A stretch of DNA of 64,000 nucleotides, from positions 62,001 to 126,000 of the forward strand of contig JAVKOQ020000030.1 in the NCBI GenBank assembly GCA_031835245.2. Reading direction: 5' to 3'. Both the position numbers and the translations under genes were made by a program. The stretch's first letter is position 1; every line of letters starts with the position of its first letter. Positions 1 through 11,395 of the stretch are shown here, piece by piece. The DNA is from Balamuthia mandrillaris (Eukaryota). The notes beneath the pieces are model-generated. The model was not told where the DNA came from and did not search any database. It saw nothing but the letters and a program-made list of their open reading frames with translations.

Positions 1-194
1 CCAACTCGAAGCATACTTGCTCTTTCTTAAGAGGTTCTTTTTGGCGTTTCCCGCCCTCTTCTTTTCTCTTCTCTTCTGTTCTCTTCATCGTTCTCTTCTC
101 TTCTCTTCACTACACTTCATCGTTCTCTTCTCCACATATTAGACCTTTTATGCTCCCCTTCAGAGCGCAGGAGATGGTTGAAAGCAATTGAACT

Positions 195-1172
195 TTAATC
201 TTCGATTGTGGTGAAGAGGGTTCTGGGCATATGCACTAGAACGGAGAACAGGCCATCAGAAACACACTTGAACTTTTCCTTTACGCCTTCGCTGACAAAC
301 GCATCATCCGGAGCATATTGTGCTGAGAACACGCGTGTCCTATACCGGTAAACGGCTACGTGGACAGGTGGCCCAGCAGAAGGGCGTATGTCCTCTGTGC
401 CAGTAGCGAAACGGAGAGCAAGCTTTGGGCCTCGTGTCTTGAGGGATATGAGCCACCTGAGCAAATCATGTTGCTGGGGGTAGAAGTAAAACTTGTCCGT
501 GTGGGCGAACGGGTCCTGCTGCACCATCCTGTACTTTGTTGCTGCCTCCTTGTAAGCCTCCTTCATCTGTGCCTCCGAAAACAGTCCCGTGGGTTCTACC
601 ACTTCAGCAAGCTCCAATCCACTGATGAGAGGCAACTTGATGCGACCTAGCACCTTCTTCAAACATCCTCGCTCGAATCCCTCTTGTTGTGCCTGATGAA
701 GATACCAACGGTGAACCGCTTCAAAGACTTGCAGCTCTGACACCCCATCCAGTTTCGACTTCAGCACCTGAGACACTGCTTCTGGGCTTAACGACAGCCA
801 TTGTTGTTCTACCTGAGCATGATGTTGGCCTAACAGTTTCGCTCCACGAGTGTCCATGAAGCGACGCAGAGTATACAGAACTGCAGGGGCATGTTGGTGC
901 CGTGGGGGAGTTGAATGTAGGAAGTGCCTCTTTGAAGGAACCTTTCAGCATAGCACGGAAAACCGGAGAGCGCAGTGAAAGGATCAAATGACAGGCAAGC
1001 ACAGGGATCTTCTCCCGGCCTACGAGGAAGCGCACGTCCGCCAACTCAGGGTTGTCCACCAGCTGGGTGAGCGCTCGGCAGAGCGAGCGACCGCCTTGCT
1101 CTCCTTCGCGGTTGCTGGTCTCGTCCGCTGCATTCGTTTCACTCTTCTTTTCTTGGCGGCCATTTGTTCCAT
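195..1172 (-). pseudogene. BTB/POZ-BACK protein, frameshifted and internally deleted paralog of 2813-4030
   Basis: LVDNPELADVRFLVG...LSLRSPVFRAML (BTB N-half) joins HAPAVLYTLRRFMDTRG...EAVHRW...VEPTGLFSE (BACK-like) by a frame change near 900. About 100 codons present in the paralog are missing and there is no room for an intron. The ATG (MEQMAAKKRRV) is also out of frame with the BTB. Confidence 0.7.
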
Positions 1173-1205
1173 TTTCCTTCCTGGCTTTCGTGCGTGCCTG
1201 TGTTT

Positions 1206-1263
<58 letters not shown>

Positions 1264-1391
1264 CTCTCGCAAACCCAACTGGCAACTTGGCGAAAAGTTT
1301 TTCTGCAGAATTTTGGTCAATTGCCACGTCGACACAAATGCTGCCCTTGCCTATTGCTCTCTGCTGTTGAAAATATCACACGTATTTTTAA

Positions 1392-2132
1392 GGGGGCTTA
1401 TCCCTAATGACGTGGCGCTGACGTGGAATATCGTGTCGTCCTGAAATTTTGCTTAAGACGCTGTAAGACGCTGTTCTGTGTGTGTTTCTCTGCTAAAATC
1501 AGCGTCGACACCACATTGTGTGGGTTTCCCTGCTAAATGCCACCCTTCAAGAAGGTGGCATTTTTTGCGGACAGGGGCAACGAAAAACAAAACTGAAGAT
1601 GAAGCGAAGTCGAGCTGTGTACGAGCGGGAGCGACGAGCCAAAAAGAAACGAGAAAGGGAGGAGAAGGAAGCAGAGGAAAAGCGCCTGCGTGAGACGGAG
1701 GAAATTCGACGGAAGAGGGCTGCTGAGGCTCAACGGCGGTATCAAGCTCGAAAAAAATAACGCAAGTCCTGTGGACTTGTTTACAGCTTCCACCAATGCA
1801 GAACAAAGCGAAGAGGGAATAGCAAGTTCCGAGAAAGAGAAAACCACAGCCGATCTCTCCGTACCAAAGGTGACAACCATTGAGGAGGTAAACAAGCTGA
1901 GAGGAAGAGCTCTTGCGGTGCAAATCGCTCTCTATGGCCTGAAAAAACGTTACAACGGGGACAACACAGTTGAGGGCCAGAAGAAGCGGTTAGCAGCGTA
2001 CATCACGGACCCGAGCGTTCACTTTCTTACCGCAGCAAAACAAAGAGAGCTTAGTGAGCTGGGATTGTGCAGAAACTGAGCAACTCGGTTTTTTTTTGTA
2101 AACATCTTTATATTATGGGATAAAAAGCCCCC
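1392..2132. mobile_element. Non-autonomous TIR DNA transposon with TTAA target-site duplication (Kolobok-like termini)
   Basis: Left end TTAA|GGGGGCTTATCCCTAAT (TTAA at 1388-1391). Right end in reverse complement TTAA|GGGGGCTTTTTATCCCATAAT (TTAA at 2133-2136). Internal + strand ORF 1599-2079 is split at an A-run near 1751-1757. Confidence 0.65.
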
Positions 2133-2469
2133 TTAAGCGGTAAAGGGGGGGCCACCGGGGCTGGACCAAACCTTGCGCGAAGTGAAGCGAGATGGGTTGT
2201 CTAGTTTTGATAAAGATTTCGAATGCTTGTAAAACTTAACATAATCGGAATGCAGAATGTTCTTCTTTTTCTATTCCTATTTCTTTTTCTTTTTCGTTTT
2301 CTTTTTCTGTTTCCTTTCTTCCTTTGAAACGCACATGCAGAACAACGGAAGAAAGGAAACAGTCTCGCGTTTATTATTGGAATTTGTTATATGGGTGCTG
2401 TGCTGTCGCAAACGGCTTTCAACCCCTAATCTTCCTACAGCGACTTCGTCTGTTGTAGAGAGTACAAGT

Positions 2470-2546
2470 GGCTGCGGTGAAACCCTGACATGGGTGGCAG
2501 CCGTCCCGAAAGCTGCTTGCATTTGTACCTCCGAGAGCAGTCCGGT
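2470..2546 (-). pseudogene. Degenerate fragment of a third BTB-BACK family copy
   Basis: Reads TGLLSEVQMQAAFGTAATHVRVSPQP, matching TGLLSEKQLKEAFKIAATHVRIVVP in 2813-4030. Confidence 0.55.
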
Positions 2547-2812
2547 TTACTTGTTTGACCAAGGTAGTCACCGTAATTATCAACTGTTAGAGTACTTCTT
2601 TGTACCTTCACTATCCCCAAGGCACTGCTTGTCGCGCTCTTTCCCTTGCCAAGAAGCAACTTCTTCTTCCTCTCGTGTAGCTTCTTCTCACTGAGCCGTT
2701 CCATGCAAACTTAGGAACTCTCATGCTCACGTTGTTCAAGGAGTTGGCCCCCCTGCACTTTTGGCAGAGGAGAGAAGAGAGAGCAAAAGAGAGAATAAGA
2801 GAGAGCATCCAC

Positions 2813-4030
2813 CTAACTCTCGTTTATTGGAAGAAGTGGCCAGGAATATGCACAAGAATAGTGTATCTCTTTGCCTTCGGAGAGCAATTTAGATCTAATC
2901 CCCAACCATACGGCAATAGGTGGATTCTGTTGGAGAGCGTTCCTATTACTACCAACCGTCTGTTGCAAAAGAACTGCAATTGGATGCCACCAAATTCTAT
3001 CTGACATGGAGTGTCCGAAGAAGTATATGTCCATGTTGTCACCCAGCATTCCCAGCTGGATATACCACTGTAGCTTGTTGTGAGAGTGGTGATTTGTGTT
3101 CAATACTTTCGCTCCCTTATGGAACGGATTCTCCGGCACAACAATCCTGACGTGAGTGGCAGCTATCTTGAAGGCCTCTTTAAGCTGCTTCTCAGAGAGC
3201 AAGCCTGTGGGTTCTACCACTTCCTCCAGCTCTGCACCACTCATCAACTGCGTCTTCACTCCATCCAAGACCCCTTCCGTCAGAGCCTCCTTTTGTTCTG
3301 ATTCTGGTCTTTGAAGCCACCAACGATGAACCGCTTTGAAGATTTCCACTTCAGCAATGCCCTCCAAGTCCGCCTTCAGTACCTCAGCCACCGCTTTTGC
3401 ACTGAGGGCAAGCCATTGTGCTTCCACAATTTCATCCGTTCCTCCAAGCAGTTCTACTGCATTTGGCGCCATGAACTGAAGGAGAAGAGCCACCAGGTCC
3501 GGAGCTACAGCAATGCTCACCTCCAATAATGAAAGCACGTTTCGAGTGGTGAGAAGTGCAGGCAGCATAGATAAGATACAGGGTTTAACACTAAAGATCA
3601 TGAAATGGTCTGCCGCTGCATACAAGTGAACGAGCTCTTCTCTGTTGATGCTTTGTTCGTCACTCTCTTCTGTTTCAGGAAGTTTGTCGGTGTAGACGTA
3701 GTGAAGAAGTATTCGAAAAGTAGTAGGGCGCATTTCTGGCAGCTTTACTTCTGTCATTACGCGCCGAGAAGAAGAAGAAGAACAAGAAGAAGAAGAAGAA
3801 GAAAAAGAAGAAGAAGAAGAAGAAGAAGAACAAGGTGACGACGCAAAAGTGTTAGAAGCCTCTTTGAAGTGGCCAACGAACATAGCGTTAAACACCGGGG
3901 AGCGAAGCGCTAAATGTCCTCGGTAGGCGTACATGGGCACTTCCTCAGGGCCGACGAGGAACCTCACGTCCGCCCACTCCTCATTGTCCACCAGCTTCGC
4001 CAGCACTTGGCTCAACGTTAGCCCCTCCAT
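2813..4030 (-). CDS. BTB/POZ-BACK domain protein (intronless, poly-Ser insertion)
   Basis: ADVRFLVG...HLALRSPVFNAMF...FRILLHYVYTD...LYAAADHF, then BACK-like EIFKAVHRW. ATG at 4030, TAG at 2813. Confidence 0.85.
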   Translation of the reverse strand: MEGLTLSQVLAKLVDNEEWADVRFLVGPEEVPMYAYRGHLALRSPVFNAMFVGHFKEASNTFASSPCSSSSSSSSFSSSSSSCSSSSSRRVMTEVKLPEMRPTTFRILLHYVYTDKLPETEESDEQSINREELVHLYAAADHFMIFSVKPCILSMLPALLTTRNVLSLLEVSIAVAPDLVALLLQFMAPNAVELLGGTDEIVEAQWLALSAKAVAEVLKADLEGIAEVEIFKAVHRWWLQRPESEQKEALTEGVLDGVKTQLMSGAELEEVVEPTGLLSEKQLKEAFKIAATHVRIVVPENPFHKGAKVLNTNHHSHNKLQWYIQLGMLGDNMDIYFFGHSMSDRIWWHPIAVLLQQTVGSNRNALQQNPPIAVWLGIRSKLLSEGKEIHYSCAYSWPLLPINES

Positions 4031-4086
4031 TTGCGTGCGGTGAGTATTAATTATTTTCTTTTTTGTGGACAAAAGAGAAAAAAGAG

Positions 4087-4263
4087 CACCTTCGTCGGGA
4101 TTCGAACCCGAGTCTCCGCGCACTGCCAAGTTTTTGCCTCAAGACATGGTTTCCCCCCATTAGCGGCTCCCTCTTCATCACCGTCAGAGGAGAAAGAAGG
4201 AGTAAAGCATGAAACAATGGGGGAAACAGATACGCGGCATGCTGCCAACTGCACCACAAAGGT
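4087..4263 (-). ncRNA. tRNA-like Pol III-type RNA with a 112-nt structured insert in place of the anticodon loop
   Basis: Acceptor stem ACCTTTG/CGAAGGT plus G73; D arm GTGC-AGTTGGCA-GCAT; anticodon stem CCGCG/CGCGG; variable loop AGAC; T arm TCGGG-TTCGAAT-CCCGA; T6 run 3 nt downstream (4078-4083). Confidence 0.8.
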
Positions 4264-4390
4264 TTTTGTTTTTTGAACAGTGTTCAGGATAATGCTTTCT
4301 TCACAAAGGCGATATATCAACAGAACGAGTTGGACAGAGAAACCATTATGGGTGAATTGTTCACCGAAAGGTGAGAAGAAGAAAAGAGGA

Positions 4391-4732
4391 TTAGAAGAGA
4401 GAGAGCGGAGGAGTAGGGGGCACAAAGTTGACGTCGGTGAGAAGACCCAAGTAGCCATCAAAGTATTGGAGAGTGGCGTTCCGTAAACTGAATCCTATTT
4501 TTCATCACAGAGAGTGTTAGCGAAAGCAAAGTTAAGGAAAATGAAAAGCAAAACGAAAAGATAAATACCAGCAACAGTGGGGAGAGTAAAGGCGTTCTCT
4601 TTTAAAAAAGTGTTGACGAAAGGATTGAGCACCGAGTTGAAAACAAAGTTGAGCAAGAATTGCATCAAAGAGATATCTATCTTTCCAACATATGATTTCT
4701 ATAATTGAAAATGAGAAATGAGAAATGTTGGG

Positions 4733-4774
<42 letters not shown>

Positions 4775-4797
4775 GAGACAGAGAGAGAGAGAGAGAC

Positions 4798-4852
<55 letters not shown>

Positions 4853-7305
4853 TGGATAAAGCAGAGAAGCAAAGGAGTGTGAAAAGTTACCGCCAAACGG
4901 CTCTTGAAAGACTCAAATTGAACGGCTCCGCTGATGGTATCATTGACAAGCGACATCTACAAAAAGTAACAAAAAACGCGATACAAATCATATAAGAAAA
5001 AAACCAACCTGAAAATAAACACGAAAGAATAGAAAAAATGAACAGAAACAACGGAAGAGCACGTACAGCAGCGGCAGCAGTGAGATTGACGTGAATGACC
5101 ATGGCTGGTGTGACGGTGCCGTTGGAAAGGTTGATGTTCATGGTTAGTGCGATTTGAGTGCTCAAGTTGATGCCTGTTCTGTTCACAGGAGCGCCTGTTG
5201 ATGGCTCTGTTGAAATAAACACGGCGTTATTAATAGCAGAGAAGGAAATGGAAACAGAACGCCGATCAAAATAATGAGAAGAAGACAGAATAGGAAATAT
5301 CAAAAAGCTCTGGAGAGAGTGAGAAAGAGGAATTCGTACTACTGTCTCCCAAGATGGTGACATCAGGAGGGGCAATAATGGCAAGATTGAAGAAAAACTC
5401 ATCATCAGGGAATGCCTTGTAGATAGAAGGAATGATGGACTTGAAGATGTTGGTGTTGAATTTAATTGGCAACCAGGAAGGAAGATCCGCGTTGGTAAGA
5501 TTGAAGGACAACATGCCAGTCTCAAACAAAGCATAGGCAAGAGAATCGAACACGAAATCGTTAACAATGATCTGTATCATAGCTGAAATAAAATAAATGA
5601 GAATAGAACAAAAAGTGTCATGAGTACAAAAAGCCTAACCATTGTTTAGAGTATTTGGAATAGGACGCGGGGGGAATGGGGCTGTCTTGTCTTGATAATC
5701 AATTTCAGCTGTTGTTGTACTGGTTAGCATGCTTCAAACAATAAATTTAAAAAGTGAGGATGATGAGAAAAACCTTTCAACGGAAGCGCCAAGAAATCAC
5801 TTGTAATGACCGGAGCACTGGCAAGCGCAAAGTTACCAAAGAAACCTGGAGGGAATGGCTCTGGCAATGGGTAGTGGCTCAAGTGCAGATTCACAATGGC
5901 TTGGTTGATAAGAGTTCCACTTTTTAACACCAAATACAGTTAGAGAAGAGAAAGGCAACAAAGGCTAAAAGCAAGCTTACATGTCGGTTTGAAGAGCATC
6001 GGTGACAGCATTGTTGAAAGCGGATGCGATCTGAGACTTGAAGAGACTGATGAGAGCGTTGTACAGCCAACTGTATCATTCCAACAAAATCAGTTAATAA
6101 AAATCCACGGCCAGAAAGAAAAGAGGGCAAAGATGCGTACTTCGGAATGAGACCTTGACCTTCAGTGATTGTTATGTCTGAAAAGATAAAAAAGGAGTAT
6201 TAGCTTCTTCTTCCCTAACAAACTTCTCATTTTCCTCTTGTCGGGGAAAAGCAAGGAAGAGACGTGTACCTAAAGTTCCCATGTCAATTGTGACAGAACT
6301 GATGGTAAAGTTGATATTGTCATTTAACATTCCGATGCCAATCGTCAGATCGAACGTGCCGCCAGAGTTTTTGATAGTGGCTTTGCCTTTTCCAGATGTA
6401 ATGTCCCTTTTGTTTGCACAGCGATGTTAGCAGAAAAAAAGGAAGAGAGAATCGGAGGGAGAAGGAGGAGGAAAGCAGAAAAAAGGACAAAGAAAAAGGA
6501 ATGATACCTTGGGCTTAACACTTTGGCGTCAGCAAGCGGTGCAGCCGCATCTTCATCACCATAGGTAGGGTAAGATTGAAGAAGCTGACTTTGTTCTTCG
6601 GACGAGAGGGAGAGCGACCAAGCCCAATCTGTCGTGAAGTCTCCAGTACCTCCGCTGATCTGTATGCGAAGACCTTGGTTGGGCACCAATGTGACTACAT
6701 CCTTCTCGAAGCCAATGTTCACCACCTTTATGAGACAGAGTTGTTTGATCAGTTGGACGCAAGGTAGTGAGGAGCAAGGAAGCGAGAAGCGAGAAGCGAG
6801 AAGCGAGAAGCGAGAAGCGAGAAGCGAGAAGCGAGAAGCGAGAAGCGAGAAGCGAGAAGCGAGAAGCGAGAAGCGAGAAGCGAGAAGCGAGAAGCGAGAA
6901 GCGAGAAGCGAGAAGCGGAAGGAAAAGGAGAGAAACAGAAGAGAAGTAGAAGAGGAAAGCGGAGTAAAGAGAAAGAGTGAAGAGAGGAGAGGGGAGAACG
7001 AGAAAGGAGAGGAGAAGCGAGACGAGGGAAGCAGAGAGCAACGAGGGAAAAAACCTTTAAGTTGGAAATGTTGTAATTCACGGTCAACCCGATCACCTTG
7101 GTGCTGCCAGCGATAGGAGGGACGTTGAACGACTTGGCGAACCCATCCACAACGGAAGGTCCCAGCTGCTGACGAAGGTAATCCACCAGCCTGCTGGTGA
7201 TGGCGAAGGAGAGACCCGCCCCCGTGGAGCCAACCTTGTTTGCACCTCCCTTTTGTTGTTGTGCAGCTGAAAGAGATTTAAAAAATGAGCAAAGGGAAAA
7301 GATCC

Positions 7306-7350
<45 letters not shown>

Positions 7351-7551
7351 GACGGAAAAGATTAGACTACCCATTTCCTCAAAGATTGGAATCGAGATGG
7401 AGGGAGGCAAGTTTTGGGTCAACGTTTGCACAAAGGCCTGGAACTGAGGGTCCGCCAACACGTTGATGGGCTTGGCGGCCGCACGAAGGGAGCCAACGCA
7501 AAAGAAGAGGGCGGCGAGGAAGACCAAAGTGGCCGTGGGCTTGAGGTGCAT
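4391..7551 (-). CDS. Secreted BPI/LBP (TULIP) family lipid-binding protein, multi-exon
   Basis: Signal peptide MHLKPTATLVFLAALFFCVGSLRA; GLSFAITSRLVDYLRQQ; MIQIIVNDFVFDSLAYALFETGMLSFNLT; last exon GFSLRNATLQYFDGYLGLLTDVNF..., stop at 4391. Confidence 0.8.
4734..4850. repeat. (GA)n/(GACA) intronic microsatellite
   Basis: Read directly from the sequence. Confidence 0.9.
6781..6917. repeat. (GCGAGAA)n heptamer tandem repeat, intronic
   Basis: About 19 perfect 7-mer copies inside an intron of the BPI-like gene. Confidence 0.95.
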
Positions 7552-7987
7552 GGTGTTATTGTCAATTTTTTTATTTCTTTCTTTCTTTCTTTTTCTTTTT
7601 CGTTTTCTCCAATTTGTAAAAAAATTTTCGGAGGAATAAAAGAATCATCGGAATTTCTTCATTTCAGAAAACCAATGAAAAATCAAATCTCTAATTTCGA
7701 CGAAAAAATACAATTTTTCGGTTTGAAAGAACCAAAGCCAATGAAAAATCAAACCTCATCATGTCGACATTAAGCTATATCGAGACAAATTAACCGTAGT
7801 GACGTGGTAAATTTCTAAATTAGGTGACAGTTGGATGGTGACCTCAGCAGGCGTTCGCCATTGGCCCAAACAATAATAATAATTTAAAGGAAAACTTTGA
7901 ACGAAAATCAAAGAGAGAATTACCCATTTTTTTTTGTTATAGTCTTCGTTTCGTAAGGGGAAGAACAAACCTGCATCAGAGGAAAAC

Positions 7988-9423
<1,436 letters not shown>

Positions 9424-9742
9424 AAGAACAACAACCAGCGAACACCTCTTTTGTGTTATTTGTACGTGCAAAAAAAAAAACAAAAACAAAAACAAAAACA
9501 AACAGCAAGTCAATCTACTCTCTCTCTTGAGAGTCTTTGCGAGCTTATCTCTGAAAAGCGTCGTTGCATTACCACTATTCACATCTTTGTAAAACTTTTG
9601 AATTTAAAAAAAACACATTCACTTCACTCCCACCAAAGTGAGATAAAGCGAAAGCGAGAAGGAAGATAAGAGAAAAGAGAAAAGAGACGAGAAAAACAAA
9701 ATAAAGCGTAAAACAAAAACTTCATCACCATTCTTAACACCA

Positions 9743-10516
9743 TCAAGATAAAAACTTACGGTAAAAGTTATCCAAAGAAAGAGCAGGAAAGACAGGGCTC
9801 AACAAAGAAAGCGTTACCAACAGCGCAAACGGGAGGAAGCGCGGCGGGGGCAACAAAGGCTGCTGCGGCGTCTCGCTGTCATAGTACAAAAAGTTCATCG
9901 TAGACATGAAGGAGGAGCGAAGGGAGTTCGGCTGGTACTCGGTGAGATAGAGGATGAGAGCAAGAGAGAAGCCGGCCAACACGCGAAAACCCAAAGGGGT
10001 GCGCACGTCGAGCGCAGATGGGACGAGATGTTCGTTCTTGGCGGCGGCGCTGACCATGAGGCCGTGCAGCCCACGAGCAAAGAGGTAGAGCACGATTTGG
10101 TTGTTGACGCTCCCAGAGATGCCCTGGCTCGAGCCAAATGCTGTGAATCCTTTGTTGTTTTTAAGAAAGTGTTTGTCTGGCGTTAGAAAAAACAAGGACA
10201 GGAGACAAAGCAAAAGAGCGAATGGATGAAAACAACAGGAAACAACAAAATAGGAACACGAATGGAAAATAAGGCACCTCCTATGAAGCCAGCAATCCAT
10301 GACTCGAGGCCACCAGTGATGTTGAAGGGGGGCCGCCGCAGCACGTAACATATGGCTTTGTAAATGCCGACAAACATGCCCAAATTCTTGCCATGCTGTA
10401 TCATTTGTTTTACCACAAAGCTTATTTTTTGCCGAAACCTGCAGAAAGAAGGAAGCAATAGCATGGGATTAGAAGGAACAAGCTCAAGAAGGAGGAGGAG
10501 AGAAGAACAAGCAGCA

Positions 10517-10547
<31 letters not shown>

Positions 10548-10883
10548 AAGAAGAACAAGAAGAAGAAAAAGAAAAAGAACAAGAAGAAGAAGAAGAAGAA
10601 GAAGAAGAAGAAGAAGAAGAAGAACAAGAAGAACAAGAAGAAGAAGAAGAAGAAGAACAAGAAGAAGAAGAAGAAAGAAGAACCAAGGGTATGGAATGGC
10701 GTACCCTCCTTGTTGGAAGATGATGGCGTAGATGACGGCCTGAAAGACATACGGGAGCCGAATGCGAACGCCGGAAATGATGCCATTGCGGTAGCCCAAC
10801 ACCGCGCTCAACAGCCTCGCATGCCGTCTGTTCCAGTTGAAGTGAAATCCATGCGGTGGTGCCGCTACGCTGCTGCTACTCAT
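9743..10883 (-). CDS. PXMP4: Peroxisomal membrane protein 4 (PMP24, Tim17 family)
   Basis: RNGIISGVRIRLPY, QHGKNLGMFVGIYKA, SWIAGFIGG, SVNNQIVLYLFARGL. Confidence 0.8.
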
Positions 10884-11395
10884 CTTTTTATTTTGTTCCG
10901 ATTCAATGCAAAATGATTACTGGTTTTTTTTTTCAAAATTTCCAAGTGTATGTGCACACGAATCATGAGAACGGCAGGGGGCCAGTGCTTTTTTTATATA
11001 ACAAAGAGGGAGGAGAGTGGAGGGGAAAGCCAGCGCTGCACCTCCTCCCACGCCTGGCCAAAAGTGATTTCTAATCCGAAACCACTCCCAATTTTTTTTC
11101 GTTCTATGTTTTTTTATTTTCATGTCGTCTCGAGAATTAAAGTTTTGTCGACGTAAAACGAGATTGTCGACAATATTTTGGGCAACCTATTATCCTATTA
11201 GAATAATGAACAGGCAAATGAATTAAACGGCAATAAAGCTTTAGCTAGCAATCTATCTTCTTCGGCATTCCGCCCGAAGGTTATCCTCTCTTTCGGCCAA
11301 TGACTCCCCCGTGACCGACGATTGGGTCGGTCGAGTTTGCCGTTTTTGACTGAAAGAGACGAAGCAAAAAAAAAAACATAAAACATAAAACCCAT

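Noticed and set aside
4140..4185. Hammerhead ribozyme (TGATGA...GAAAC...GTC on the minus strand)
   Set aside because: The core reads GTGATGA rather than CTGANGA, there is no stem II, and stem III is too short.
4087..4263. Functional tRNA-Arg(UCU) with a canonical intron
   Set aside because: The spliced loop would have A33 and G37 instead of U33 and A37; kept as a tRNA-like ncRNA.
6556..7186. ORFs with SRFSLLA or EARSEKR repeats
   Set aside because: They are read-throughs of the intronic heptamer repeat.
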